Shown piece by piece: positions 50,666 to 60,435 of a stretch of 64,000 nt of DNA (the first letter of the stretch is position 1; every line of letters starts with the position of its first letter). Source of the stretch: an uncultured Gemmatimonadota bacterium (GTDB lineage Bacteria; JAAXHH01). The notes under the pieces are model-generated. The model made no database searches. It was given only the letters and a program-made list of their open reading frames with translations, and had not been told where the DNA came from. The DNA is taken from assembly GCA_951812955.1 (NCBI GenBank), contig OX638340.1, positions 1,312,001-1,376,000 of the forward strand, read 5' to 3'. The position numbers and the translations under genes are program-made.

Positions 50666-53281
50666 ATTTCCGGGGCTGCGCAGCCCCGGCCTCATTGAAG
50701 CGCCGCCATATCGATCCGGATAGAAGGTTGTCCGTTCGATTTCCGGGGCTGCGCAGCCCCGGCCTCATTGAAGCACCATATGCCGGCGCGGTGATTGGGT
50801 ATTTGCGGCACGATTTCCGGGGCTGCGCAGCCCCGGCCTCATTGAAGCATCCGTCATCATAAAACCCCCGTAAATGGCCATAGGGATTTCCGGGGCTGCG
50901 CAGCCCCGGCCTCATTGAAGCCGTCGTCGCGATGGCGGTGTTCGGTGGCAACCTGTGATTTCCGGGGCTGCGCAGCCCCGGCCTCATTGAAGCCACCAGA
51001 ATACCCATGCGGCCGATAACGAGGTGCTGCTTATTTCCGGGGCTGCGCAGCCCCGGCCTCATTGAAGCCGATCCTTCCGCGAAGTGTCCGGCCTGCACCG
51101 CTCCATTTCCGGGGCTGCGCAGCCCCGGCCTCATTGAAGCATGAGTTGACGCTCCGAGATACCCAGCAGCGTCGCGAGATTTCCGGGGCTGCGCAGCCCC
51201 GGCCTCATTGAAGCCGGAAGATGTTGCTCCCCTGGCCGTCGGTGAAGAAGTTATTTCCGGGGCTGCGCAGCCCCGGCCTCATTGAAGCCGGAAGATGTTG
51301 CTCCCCTGGCCGTCGGTGAAGAAGTTATTTCCGGGGCTGCGCAGCCCCGGCCTCATTGAAGCGAGAAGATCTCCCCGGATAACGTGGACGACCCCACCGG
51401 CATTTCCGGGGCTGCGCAGCCCCGGCCTCATTGAAGCCGGTTGGCCTCCGGGTCCGGCTCGGTTTCGTGCGGTTGATTTCCGGGGCTGCGCAGCCCCGGC
51501 CTCATTGAAGCTTGGAAGCCATGATGGCCTTGGTGCCCAGGGCGAGCGCCATTTCCGGGGCTGCGCAGCCCCGGCCTCATTGAAGCTAGGCCTCCTCGCT
51601 GGCGAATCCCATCTTGTACCACTATTTCCGGGGCTGCGCAGCCCCGGCCTCATTGAAGCTCGTACACGTGGGCGGTGGTCAGCACCACCTTGGAACCGGA
51701 TTTCCGGGGCTGCGCAGCCCCGGCCTCATTGAAGCGTCGGTTTCGTCCTCGGTGTCGCGGTGACGACGCTCTATTTCCGGGGCTGCGCAGCCCCGGCCTC
51801 ATTGAAGCATCAAACACACCCTTCAAGCGTAAACATAGGCCCTGGATTTCCGGGGCTGCGCAGCCCCGGCCTCATTGAAGCCCATCAGTGTGGTCGACTG
51901 CTGCCTGCGTGTGCTGGAGAAATTTCCGGGGCTGCGCAGCCCCGGCCTCATTGAAGCCCATCAGTGTGGTCGACTGCTGCCTGCGTGTGCTGGAGAAATT
52001 TCCGGGGCTGCGCAGCCCCGGCCTCATTGAAGCATGCACATCTCGAAGTCACAGGACCAGACACAGGTGACGATTTCCGGGGCTGCGCAGCCCCGGCCTC
52101 ATTGAAGCCACGGAAGGCAGCCAGGGTCGCACCGCTGGCACCCAGATTTCCGGGGCTGCGCAGCCCCGGCCTCATTGAAGCCAAGCAATCGAACGCAAGC
52201 ACAAGCGGACGCTCGACCATTTCCGGGGCTGCGCAGCCCCGGCCTCATTGAAGCTAAGGGTATTGTCCAGGACGATGACCTGAATGAATATATTTCCGGG
52301 GCTGCGCAGCCCCGGCCTCATTGAAGCCTGTGCAAAACGCGCGGTACTTGAAATTGGCCCGTGTCATTTCCGGGGCTGCGCAGCCCCGGCCTCATTGAAG
52401 CGTGATTGATCAATTTCGAGATTAACCGTTATTTCCTCCATTTCCGGGGCTGCGCAGCCCCGGCCTCATTGAAGCAGGAACACGTGGAAGAGGTAGGAGC
52501 AGACGCGAAACCATTTCCGGGGCTGCGCAGCCCCGGCCTCATTGAAGCGAAGCTCCTGTTGAGTCTGTGAACGACTGGACGGGTTAATTTCCGGGGCTGC
52601 GCAGCCCCGGCCTCATTGAAGCGATGCAATCAGAAACCTCCTTCATCGTCGCATCCTGATATTTCCGGGGCTGCGCAGCCCCGGCCTCATTGAAGCGATT
52701 CATCGTTGGCGTTGTCGTCCACCTCCTCGGCGAGGTATTTCCGGGGCTGCGCAGCCCCGGCCTCATTGAAGCCAAGTTGACAGACATAGGAATCCAGCCT
52801 TACGCGTCCACATTTCCGGGGCTGCGCAGCCCCGGCCTCATTGAAGCTCTGAAAAAGACCTGTTGCTCCACCCCATCGAGGACGTATTTCCGGGGCTGCG
52901 CAGCCCCGGCCTCATTGAAGCGCCTTGTCGCGGATAGCCCTTGCCTGCTCCTCCAAAGCCATTTCCGGGGCTGCGCAGCCCCGGCCTCATTGAAGCCTCC
53001 AACACCAGCAACAGCACGGCAGGGTCCCTGGGCATTTCCGGGCTGCGCAGCCCCGGCCTCATTGAAGCGAATCTCCCTCCAGCGGGTTGCAGTCCTTCAG
53101 GTCCTGGGTTTCCGGGGCCGCACGGCCCCGGCCTCATTGAAGCGAGATCCCCCCGGACCCTGGTAAGGCGTCGGCGGGCAGTGTTTCCGGGGCCGCTCGG
53201 CCCCGGCCTCATTGAAGCTCGGATCCTAACTACGACCTGTTCATTATCAATTGCGTTTCCGGGCTGCGCGGCGAGGATCGT
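50666..53281 (+). CRISPR. CRISPR array: 35 repeats of 36 nt plus one degenerate terminal repeat, and 35 spacers of 36-40 nt
   Basis: The repeat is ATTTCCGGGGCTGCGCAGCCCCGGCCTCATTGAAGC, with an internal 20-nt perfect palindrome and an ATTGAAGC 3' end. I located every repeat by hand: first at 50666-50701, last intact at 53183-53218, degenerate remnant from 53255. Confidence 0.98.
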
Positions 53282-53282
53282 G

Positions 53283-53303
53283 GGCCCTGATCCAGGGCTT
53301 TTA
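53283..53303 (+). terminator. weak hairpin plus T-run after the array
   Basis: GCCCTG-ATC-CAGGGC followed by TTTT. The stem is short. Confidence 0.3.
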
Positions 53304-53340
53304 GACGTTTCGTTTCCAGACAGACTGATTTCAACGTATA

Positions 53341-56300
53341 ATGAATATCAGGAAACACCGTAACACTCATCATCCTCGACGCATTTCGCAAAGGAATTGT
53401 GCCTTGAGGTTTCTTGTCGTTCCCGTCGTCCTCTCGATCATTATCCTTCCGTCGTGCGGCAGGGAAAGCCCCACGGGACCGCCGCAGGCGGCCAGCATCA
53501 GGATATCGCCGGCCGAGGCCGTGCTGGACGCCATTGGCGCGACCGTGCAGCTCACTGCGTCGGTCCGGGACGGGAACGATCGGGAGGTACCGGACGCTGC
53601 CGTGACGTGGACCAGCGGTAACACCGAAGTGGCCAGCGTGACTGACGAGGGCCTGGTCACGGCCCGGAAGAACGGTTCCGCAGTCATCACGGCCGTTTCA
53701 GGGCAATTCCAAGCGAATGCCGCAGTCACGGTATCGCAGGCGGTCGCTAACATCGAGGTTGCGCCCGCCAGCGTGTCGCTGACGAAGACGGACGGGGCTC
53801 TGCGGGTCGACGCAGTGGTGAAAGACAGGAAAGGCAACCTGGTGGCGAACGCGCTGCTCGTCTGGACAAGCAGCGATCCCTTCGTCGTCTCAGTGAACGC
53901 CCTGGGAGTCCTCGAGGCGCGGTCGAACGGAAACGCCCGGATCACCGTGTCTTCAGGGGACGTATCGACAAGCGTGGAAGTCACGGTCTCGGGTTTCGGA
54001 CCGGATGCGCTGGACCGCGTCGCCCTGGTCGCGCTGTTCAACGAAACGGGCGGACCGGGATGGACGCTCGCCACAAACTGGTCGAGCGACTCGCCCCTGG
54101 CCGAGTGGCACGGGGTGGCGACCGATGCCGAAGGAAGGGTGATCGAATTGTTGCTCGACGGGAACGGCCTGAAGGGCGCGATCCCGGAGGAACTGGTCCG
54201 GCTGACAAGGCTCCGAGCTCTTTCCCTCGCACGCAATCAGTTGACAGGAAGCATACCCCCCGGAATCGGACGACTCGCCAGACTGGAGGTGCTGGAGGTT
54301 TCCTACAACCGTTTGACGGGAAGCATACCCCCCGAATTCGGACGACTCACCAGACTCAGGGAACTCGGCGCCAACGGCAACAACTTCTCGCCCGGGCCAT
54401 TGCCCCGGGCTATGACCAATCTCGACAACCTCGAGTTCCTGGGACTCGCGGGAACATCGCTGTGCGCGCCGCTCGACGCAGATTTCCAGGCCTGGCTCGG
54501 CGCGATAGACGACGTTGAAGTGGACAACTGCGAGGACATGGAGCGGAGCGCGCTGATCGCGTTGTACAACGCGACGGACGGAGGAAACTGGACCGAACGG
54601 GACAATTGGCTCACCGGCGTGCCCCTGAGCGCCTGGCACGGAGTTGCGACAAATGACCAGGGCCAGGTAACGGGCTTGGATCTGGCAGACAACAACCTGA
54701 GGGGAACACTGCCGACCCGACTGAGCGATCTCCGGTCTCTGAGCGGTTTGGACCTGTCCAACAACTCCGGGCTGACGGGACCGCTGCCCGTGTCGCTTGG
54801 CAGTCTCAGTCTAACGGCCCTCAAACTAGGCGGAACGGATCTATGCGCGCCGCTGGACCCCGCTTATCAGGCCTGGCTGGCCGCCATCGGGGACATACGG
54901 GTCGCTGGCTGTCCCGCCGACATCGCCCCCGACCGGGTGGCGTTGACCGCGCTATACGGCGAAACGGGCGGTGCGTACTGGAAGGAGTCCGCCAACTGGC
55001 TCGGCGAAGCGCCATTGCGAGACTGGTACGGCGTCGAGACCGACGCCGAAGGGCGTGTGACCTCCATTGACCTGAGGTACAATAACCTGAGGGGGCGGCT
55101 GCCTCCGGAATTGGCGCTGATCGACAGGCTGGAAGCGTTGCGTCTTGCCGGCAACGGCCTGACGGGGCAGATACCGCCAGAACTCGCGCGCCTCGACCGA
55201 CTCTCTGCGTTGGATCTTTCGGTGAACCTGCTGACGGGCTCCATTCCACCGGAACTGGGCCGACTGGCAGACCTCTCCGTCCTTGATCTCTCCGCCAACG
55301 GATTGACCGGGTCCGTTCCACCCCAACTGGGACGACTCGACCGACTATCCGTCCTCGACCTCCGACTCAACCGGTTACACGGCCCCGTTCCGTCCGAACT
55401 GGGGAACCTCCGCAGCCTCGGGCGACTGGCACTCTCCTCCAACGAGTTGACCGGCCGCGTGCCGCCGGAACTGGGATTATTGGCAAACCTCTCCGTCCTC
55501 GACCTCAGACTCAATCGGTTACACGGCCCCGTACCACCCGAACTGGGACGACTCGCAAACCTCAAGGAACTGAATCTCGCCAGGAACGGCTTTACGGGCC
55601 CCGTTCCACCCGAACTGGGACGGCTCCCAAACCTCGAGGATCTGGAACTCTCCACCAACGAGTTGACGGGCCCCGTTCCGCCCGAACTGGGACGACTCGC
55701 AAACCTCAAGGAACTGAATCTCGCCACCAACGGCCTGACGGGCCCCGTTCCGCCCGAACTGGGACGACTCGCAAACCTCGTCACGCTGAGCCTGGCGTCG
55801 AATCAGCTGACGGGATCGGTCCCGCCCGAACTGGGACGACTCGCAAATCTCGTCACGCTGAGTCTTTCCGGTAACGCCGCGCTGTCGGGGACGTTGCCGC
55901 GCGCGTTGCTCAACCTCGACCTGGCCTCCCTGCTCCTGGCCGGTACGCGCCTCTGCGCGTCCCGGGACGTGGAGACTCAGGCTTGGTTGCGGGATATCGA
56001 TGAAAGGCGCGTTTCCGACTGCGGCGATTCCGTCCCGCTTATTATGTCTGCGTATCTCACACAGGCGGTGCAGTCCCTCGAAAATCCAGTGCCGCTGGTT
56101 GCCGGCAAGCCCGCGCTCCTGCGCGTATTCTTAACGAACGGCGGCATGGCCGACGCCAAACGGCCGCCGGTACGCGCTACATTCTACCGGAACGACCTTC
56201 CAGTGCACACGACCGAGATATCGGGCGGAGACGATAGACTGCCGGACAGTCCGGAGGAAGGACAACTCGCGGCTTCATCCAACGCCGCGATACCGGCCGA

Positions 56301-57492
56301 AGTCGTTCGGCCGGGCCTGGAAATGGTGATAGAAATCGATCCCGGCAGCATACCGGATTCCGCTTTGGACATCGGTCGCCGCCTGCCGTCTACCGGACGG
56401 TTGGCTTTGGAGGTGGTGGAGGTGCCGCCCCTCCATCTTACCCTGGTCCCGTTTCTGTGGTCGTCGAATCCGGACCGGACGCTCGCGGATTACGCCTCGG
56501 GCCTGTCGTCCGATGACGAACTGTTCAGGATGACCCGGGAAACGTTGCCGGTTGGTGATTTCCATCTGACCGTGCGCGAGCCCGTCTGGACCTCGGTGGT
56601 ATCCGAGGCGAAGAACACCATATCGATCCTGGTTGAGGTCTATGTGGTTCGCATCCTGGACGGCGCCCGGGGACATTATATGGGTATCCTCCCTGCCGGA
56701 GAACGGGTGGGCGTTGCCGCCATCCCGGGATACTTCGGTGTGGCGGCGCTGAACGGACGCATCATTGCCCATGAACTCGGACACAACATGAACCTGGGGC
56801 ACGCGCCGTGCGGCGACCCGGCCGGGGTGGACCCCGACTACCCCTACTTCGACGGGACTACCGGCGCATGGGGCTACGACGTCCTGTCGGAATCATTGGT
56901 GTCGCCGCAAAACTTCGACTTGATGAGTTACTGCCTCCCCAATGGGATCAGTGACTTCCACTTCGTCAAGGCGCTGATTTACCGGCGGTCCGAGGAAACG
57001 CCCGTTCCAGCAGCGCGCGCCGCTTCCGCGACCAACCTGCTGCTATGGGGCGAAGTGAACGAGTTTACGGAAACCGTCCTCCATCCTGCCTTCGTGGTCG
57101 ACGCCCCGCCCGCCCTGCCGGAGACCGGCGGTCCGTATCGCATCACCGGTGAAGACGGAGCAGGGAACACGCTGTTCGCGCTGTCCTTCGGCGCGGTGGA
57201 AGTCGCGGACGGGGCCGGGAGTGTTTTCGCGTTCGTCCTTCCCGTCCAGGAGGACTGGCTCGATCGATTGCATCGGATCGCGTTATCCGGCCCGGACGGG
57301 GTGAAGACGGTAGATCGAAGAGGAGGGTCGGCCGCCGCGATCATGTTAGACCGGACGACCGGAACGGTCCGGGGCATCCTCCGAGACTGGCCCGACCAGG
57401 GCGGCTCTCAGCCGTTCGCGCGGCGCGTGCTGCCGGACGGTGATTTCGAAGTCCTGGTCAGCCACGGCATCCCAGATTCGAATCCCCGGTAA
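53341..57492 (+). CDS. large lipoprotein: two Big_2-like Ig domains, three capped plant-type LRR modules, and a C-terminal metzincin-like zinc protease region
   Basis: Lipobox ILPSCG, with an alternative TTG start at 53404 that gives MRFLVVPVVLSIIILPSCG. The Big_2-like segments include VTWTSGNTEVASV... There are many 24-aa LxxLxLxxNxLTGxVPPELGRLxN repeats, each module preceded by an ALxALYxxTxGxxWxxxxNWxxxxPLxxWxGV cap. The zinc motif is HELGHNMNLGH. Confidence 0.8.
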   Translation: MNIRKHRNTHHPRRISQRNCALRFLVVPVVLSIIILPSCGRESPTGPPQAASIRISPAEAVLDAIGATVQLTASVRDGNDREVPDAAVTWTSGNTEVASVTDEGLVTARKNGSAVITAVSGQFQANAAVTVSQAVANIEVAPASVSLTKTDGALRVDAVVKDRKGNLVANALLVWTSSDPFVVSVNALGVLEARSNGNARITVSSGDVSTSVEVTVSGFGPDALDRVALVALFNETGGPGWTLATNWSSDSPLAEWHGVATDAEGRVIELLLDGNGLKGAIPEELVRLTRLRALSLARNQLTGSIPPGIGRLARLEVLEVSYNRLTGSIPPEFGRLTRLRELGANGNNFSPGPLPRAMTNLDNLEFLGLAGTSLCAPLDADFQAWLGAIDDVEVDNCEDMERSALIALYNATDGGNWTERDNWLTGVPLSAWHGVATNDQGQVTGLDLADNNLRGTLPTRLSDLRSLSGLDLSNNSGLTGPLPVSLGSLSLTALKLGGTDLCAPLDPAYQAWLAAIGDIRVAGCPADIAPDRVALTALYGETGGAYWKESANWLGEAPLRDWYGVETDAEGRVTSIDLRYNNLRGRLPPELALIDRLEALRLAGNGLTGQIPPELARLDRLSALDLSVNLLTGSIPPELGRLADLSVLDLSANGLTGSVPPQLGRLDRLSVLDLRLNRLHGPVPSELGNLRSLGRLALSSNELTGRVPPELGLLANLSVLDLRLNRLHGPVPPELGRLANLKELNLARNGFTGPVPPELGRLPNLEDLELSTNELTGPVPPELGRLANLKELNLATNGLTGPVPPELGRLANLVTLSLASNQLTGSVPPELGRLANLVTLSLSGNAALSGTLPRALLNLDLASLLLAGTRLCASRDVETQAWLRDIDERRVSDCGDSVPLIMSAYLTQAVQSLENPVPLVAGKPALLRVFLTNGGMADAKRPPVRATFYRNDLPVHTTEISGGDDRLPDSPEEGQLAASSNAAIPAEVVRPGLEMVIEIDPGSIPDSALDIGRRLPSTGRLALEVVEVPPLHLTLVPFLWSSNPDRTLADYASGLSSDDELFRMTRETLPVGDFHLTVREPVWTSVVSEAKNTISILVEVYVVRILDGARGHYMGILPAGERVGVAAIPGYFGVAALNGRIIAHELGHNMNLGHAPCGDPAGVDPDYPYFDGTTGAWGYDVLSESLVSPQNFDLMSYCLPNGISDFHFVKALIYRRSEETPVPAARAASATNLLLWGEVNEFTETVLHPAFVVDAPPALPETGGPYRITGEDGAGNTLFALSFGAVEVADGAGSVFAFVLPVQEDWLDRLHRIALSGPDGVKTVDRRGGSAAAIMLDRTTGTVRGILRDWPDQGGSQPFARRVLPDGDFEVLVSHGIPDSNPR
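55080..55900 (+). repeat. 72-bp (24-codon) tandem LRR coding repeats, some near-identical at DNA level
   Basis: For example 55536-55607 versus 55680-55751 differ at only a few positions. The periodicity is in-frame within the large CDS. Confidence 0.85.
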
Positions 57493-57666
57493 CGAAGGTT
57501 GCCTGCCGTAGTATCCGCGACCGGTTCAAAAAACAGTTTTGGGATTCGCGCAATAGGGTATAATGATTAGGTATAGCCCGGACCGGTCGTGTCTTCCAGA
57601 TTGGGGTTACCGCCGAGACCAGTCCCTGTGTAAAACCCGGATCGACCCGGATTCCCGCCCTATTCC

Positions 57667-58626
57667 ATGAATCTTGTTCTTACCCTGGCTTTGACCGCTA
57701 TCTGCCTGGGGGGCGAGACTTTCTTCCACGCGCCGCGGGCCTATTTTGGAGATCAGGCTTTCTCGTTCCACCTCTCCGATGGGCGGGTGGCGAATGGCCA
57801 CACCCTTTTACTGGAATGCATACCTGAAGGTCCCGGCGTTGAAGCTGGTCGCGTGGCTGACCTGACCGTTTCGACGGGCACCCGGATTCATCGCCTGTAC
57901 CCTCATCCCACCGAAGTCGACAGTGTCCTGTTCACCCTGATCGGCATTCCCTATGGCACGGCGCCGGGTCCGGATACCCTGCACGTGGAGTGGACCGAAA
58001 GCGACCGGATCTTCGACCGGGAACTGCCCTTCAGCGTGGTAGCCGGTCCTTACCGGTCGGAGCAAATCCGCGGCGTGCCGCAGAATCGGGTTACGCCTTC
58101 GGCGGAGGACTTCCGCCGCATCGCGAGGGAACGGAAGATAATCGCCTCGGCGTACGAAGCGGTCCGGGATACGGCCATGATGGCGGATACGTTCAGTTAT
58201 CCCGTGGAGAAAAAAACGATTACCAGCCCCTATGGGACCCGAAGGGTATTCAATGGACAGCTTCGAAGCTTTCACGGCGGCCTCGACCTGCGGGCCTACG
58301 AAGGAACGCCCCTATACGCCGCGCAGTCCGGCGTGGTCAAGCTGGCGCAGAACCTGTTCTTTTCAGGCAACCATGTCCTGATCGAACACGGCATGGGCAT
58401 CCACACCGGGTATTCTCACATGAGCAGGCTGTACGTGAAAACCGGTGACGTGGTTACCCAGGGACAGTTATTGGGGCTGTCCGGATCCACAGGCCGGGTG
58501 ACCGCCGCGCACCTGCACTGGACGGTTAACGTAAACGGCGTGGGGGTCAGCCCGTTGCAGTTTACCGAGATCCTTTCCATGCTGTACGGGAAACCCGTTG
58601 AGGTACGTAACCGGAATGACGGCTAG
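57667..58626 (+). CDS. M23 family metallopeptidase
   Basis: HGGLDL, then GNHVLIEHG and SGSTGRVTAAHLHW (the HxxxD / HxH M23 signatures). Confidence 0.85.
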   Translation: MNLVLTLALTAICLGGETFFHAPRAYFGDQAFSFHLSDGRVANGHTLLLECIPEGPGVEAGRVADLTVSTGTRIHRLYPHPTEVDSVLFTLIGIPYGTAPGPDTLHVEWTESDRIFDRELPFSVVAGPYRSEQIRGVPQNRVTPSAEDFRRIARERKIIASAYEAVRDTAMMADTFSYPVEKKTITSPYGTRRVFNGQLRSFHGGLDLRAYEGTPLYAAQSGVVKLAQNLFFSGNHVLIEHGMGIHTGYSHMSRLYVKTGDVVTQGQLLGLSGSTGRVTAAHLHWTVNVNGVGVSPLQFTEILSMLYGKPVEVRNRNDG

Positions 58627-58637
58627 ACGGAGTTGCC

Positions 58638-60392
58638 ATGCGCCCTGTGATCGTCCTGATGTTCCCAGTTACGTTTCTAGCGCTCACCGTCGCTTTCGCC
58701 GTGGAAATACCCTCCAATACGTCTGAACGCGCCGATTCTGAACGCGTCAATTCCGTCGGCGTGACACTGCCTCCTGACGCCGCGCCACCCGCTCTGCAGC
58801 AACTGCATACCTTCGAACTGAACAACCGGTACATGGACCGGGCCACTTCTTCCTACCAGAAGTCCTTCGGGTTCGCCCTGACGAACGAACCACTTACCCG
58901 GGTCGATCGTAACTTCAAACTCATCCCCGCCGCCGCAACCCACTGGGAAGTGACCGAAGACGGGCACACCTGGGTTTTCCACCTCAGAAAAGACATGGTG
59001 TTCGGCGATGGCAAACCCGTTACTGCTTACGACTACGCGGACACTTTCCGGCGGTGGGCGGATCCGGACATCGGATTCGATTTCGAATGGTATTACCGGT
59101 CGATCAGGAATTGGGGCGCCGTCGTCGCACGGGAGATGCCCCTGGATTCGCTGGGCGTCAAGGCGCTGGACCGGCACGCCATTGCCTTCACCACCACCCG
59201 GCCGGCGCCCTTCGCGCCACATCTGCTCAACTACAGCTGGGTGACGCCGACACACCAGTTCGAGAAGTACGGGGCAGCGTGGTCCACCAAACCCGAAACC
59301 CACATCGGGTATGGCCCCTACCGGCTCAAGGAGTGGACCATCAACCACCGGATTGTCCTGGAGCCGAATCCTACGTATCCTGGGCCCAGCACGCCTTACC
59401 TGGAAAAGATAATCGCCCGTCTTTACAACGCGGCGGCCCAGCCACCCTTCCTCGCCTCATACGAATCGGGCGAGGTCGACTACGTTCTGCTGAACAACCC
59501 GGCCGAGATCAACCGGGTCCGGTCCGACCCGGTACTGCGAAGCCAACTGAATACCTACACCAATTTCACCACGTACTATCTCTTCATGGATACCCGGGTT
59601 CCGCCTTTCGACGACCTGCGCGTTCGCCAGGCCATCAGCCACGCCATCGACCAGCCGGCCATCATGAAATCCGCCCTGAAAGACATCGCGGTTTCGGCCG
59701 TATCCATGATGCCGTCGGGATTTCCGGCCGCCAGTCCCGAAACGCTGGGACACATACAACAATACGACCTGGAAAAGGCACGCCGTCTGCTCGCGGAAGC
59801 GGGATATCCCAATGGAAGGGGATTCCCCCCAATGGCCATGTGGCTGCGAGGCGAAGCCTACCTTAGAAAGGTGGCCGCCGAGGCCATTCAGGCCATGCTT
59901 AAGCAGAATCTGAATATTGAGATCGAGGTCCTGAACGTGGAAAGGAAAGTCTACACGGAAGCCTTGAACGCCAAAGAGATTCCATTTTCTATGCTTGCAT
60001 ATGGTTGGGATTACCTGGACCCCAGCAACCTGCTCAACTTGTGGCTGTCCCGGGGCCGACACCCCTGGCGCAACGAGCAGTTCGAGGAACTCGTGGAACG
60101 GGCCAACCACCTGGTGGGAGATCCCGAACGGCGCACCCGACTCTACCAGGAAGCAGAAGAGATCCTGGTCCGGGACGTGGGCGGTGTCTTCCTCTGGCAC
60201 GACCTGGTCAACGAGATGTGGCGTCCATACGTCCGCGGTGACGCGCTCGAACCGAACGAATCGGGATACAGGGCGTGGCGCGGGAACCAGATGCTGAACC
60301 TGATGACTACGATTTACATTACAGAGGATGTAACCCGGGAAACGACGGCACGGAAGCGCGGCGGTCCGTGGAGTTGGCTGACTGGTCGATGA
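58638..60392 (+). CDS. ABC transporter substrate-binding protein, family 5 (peptide/nickel/opine type), copy 1
   Basis: 584 aa with a signal peptide and a family-5 layout (YRLKEWTINHRIVLEPNPTY...). About 70% identical by eye to the next gene. Confidence 0.8.
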   Translation: MRPVIVLMFPVTFLALTVAFAVEIPSNTSERADSERVNSVGVTLPPDAAPPALQQLHTFELNNRYMDRATSSYQKSFGFALTNEPLTRVDRNFKLIPAAATHWEVTEDGHTWVFHLRKDMVFGDGKPVTAYDYADTFRRWADPDIGFDFEWYYRSIRNWGAVVAREMPLDSLGVKALDRHAIAFTTTRPAPFAPHLLNYSWVTPTHQFEKYGAAWSTKPETHIGYGPYRLKEWTINHRIVLEPNPTYPGPSTPYLEKIIARLYNAAAQPPFLASYESGEVDYVLLNNPAEINRVRSDPVLRSQLNTYTNFTTYYLFMDTRVPPFDDLRVRQAISHAIDQPAIMKSALKDIAVSAVSMMPSGFPAASPETLGHIQQYDLEKARRLLAEAGYPNGRGFPPMAMWLRGEAYLRKVAAEAIQAMLKQNLNIEIEVLNVERKVYTEALNAKEIPFSMLAYGWDYLDPSNLLNLWLSRGRHPWRNEQFEELVERANHLVGDPERRTRLYQEAEEILVRDVGGVFLWHDLVNEMWRPYVRGDALEPNESGYRAWRGNQMLNLMTTIYITEDVTRETTARKRGGPWSWLTGR

Positions 60393-60435
60393 AAGCGGAA
60401 GCGTCACGCAGCAACAGTCTGATGGGTCCACACTC

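Noticed and set aside
50666-53281. Possible self-targeting spacers against the low-GC islets in this window (EEP, Fic, TA).
   Set aside because: Comparison of the 33 unique spacers with the window by eye found no convincing match. This is not exhaustive and needs a computed search before it can be excluded.
50664-53363. About 20 ORFs of 60-170 aa on both strands inside the array (for example 50664..51134 -, 51295..51732 +, 52690..53166 +), with recurring peptides such as MRPGLRSPGN or FRGCAAPASLK.
   Set aside because: They are translations of the 36-nt CRISPR repeat read in different frames. The periodic identical peptides and the lack of stop codons in the GC-rich repeat explain them.
55080-55900. 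A regular 72-bp DNA periodicity that superficially resembles a repeat-spacer array.
   Set aside because: The repeats are in-frame LRR units of one long ORF. The variable parts are conserved at the protein level and there are no unique spacers.
57545-57570. A TATAAT hexamer upstream of the M23 peptidase gene, considered as a promoter.
   Set aside because: No acceptable -35 element lies at 16-18 nt spacing. The evidence is too weak to list it as a feature.
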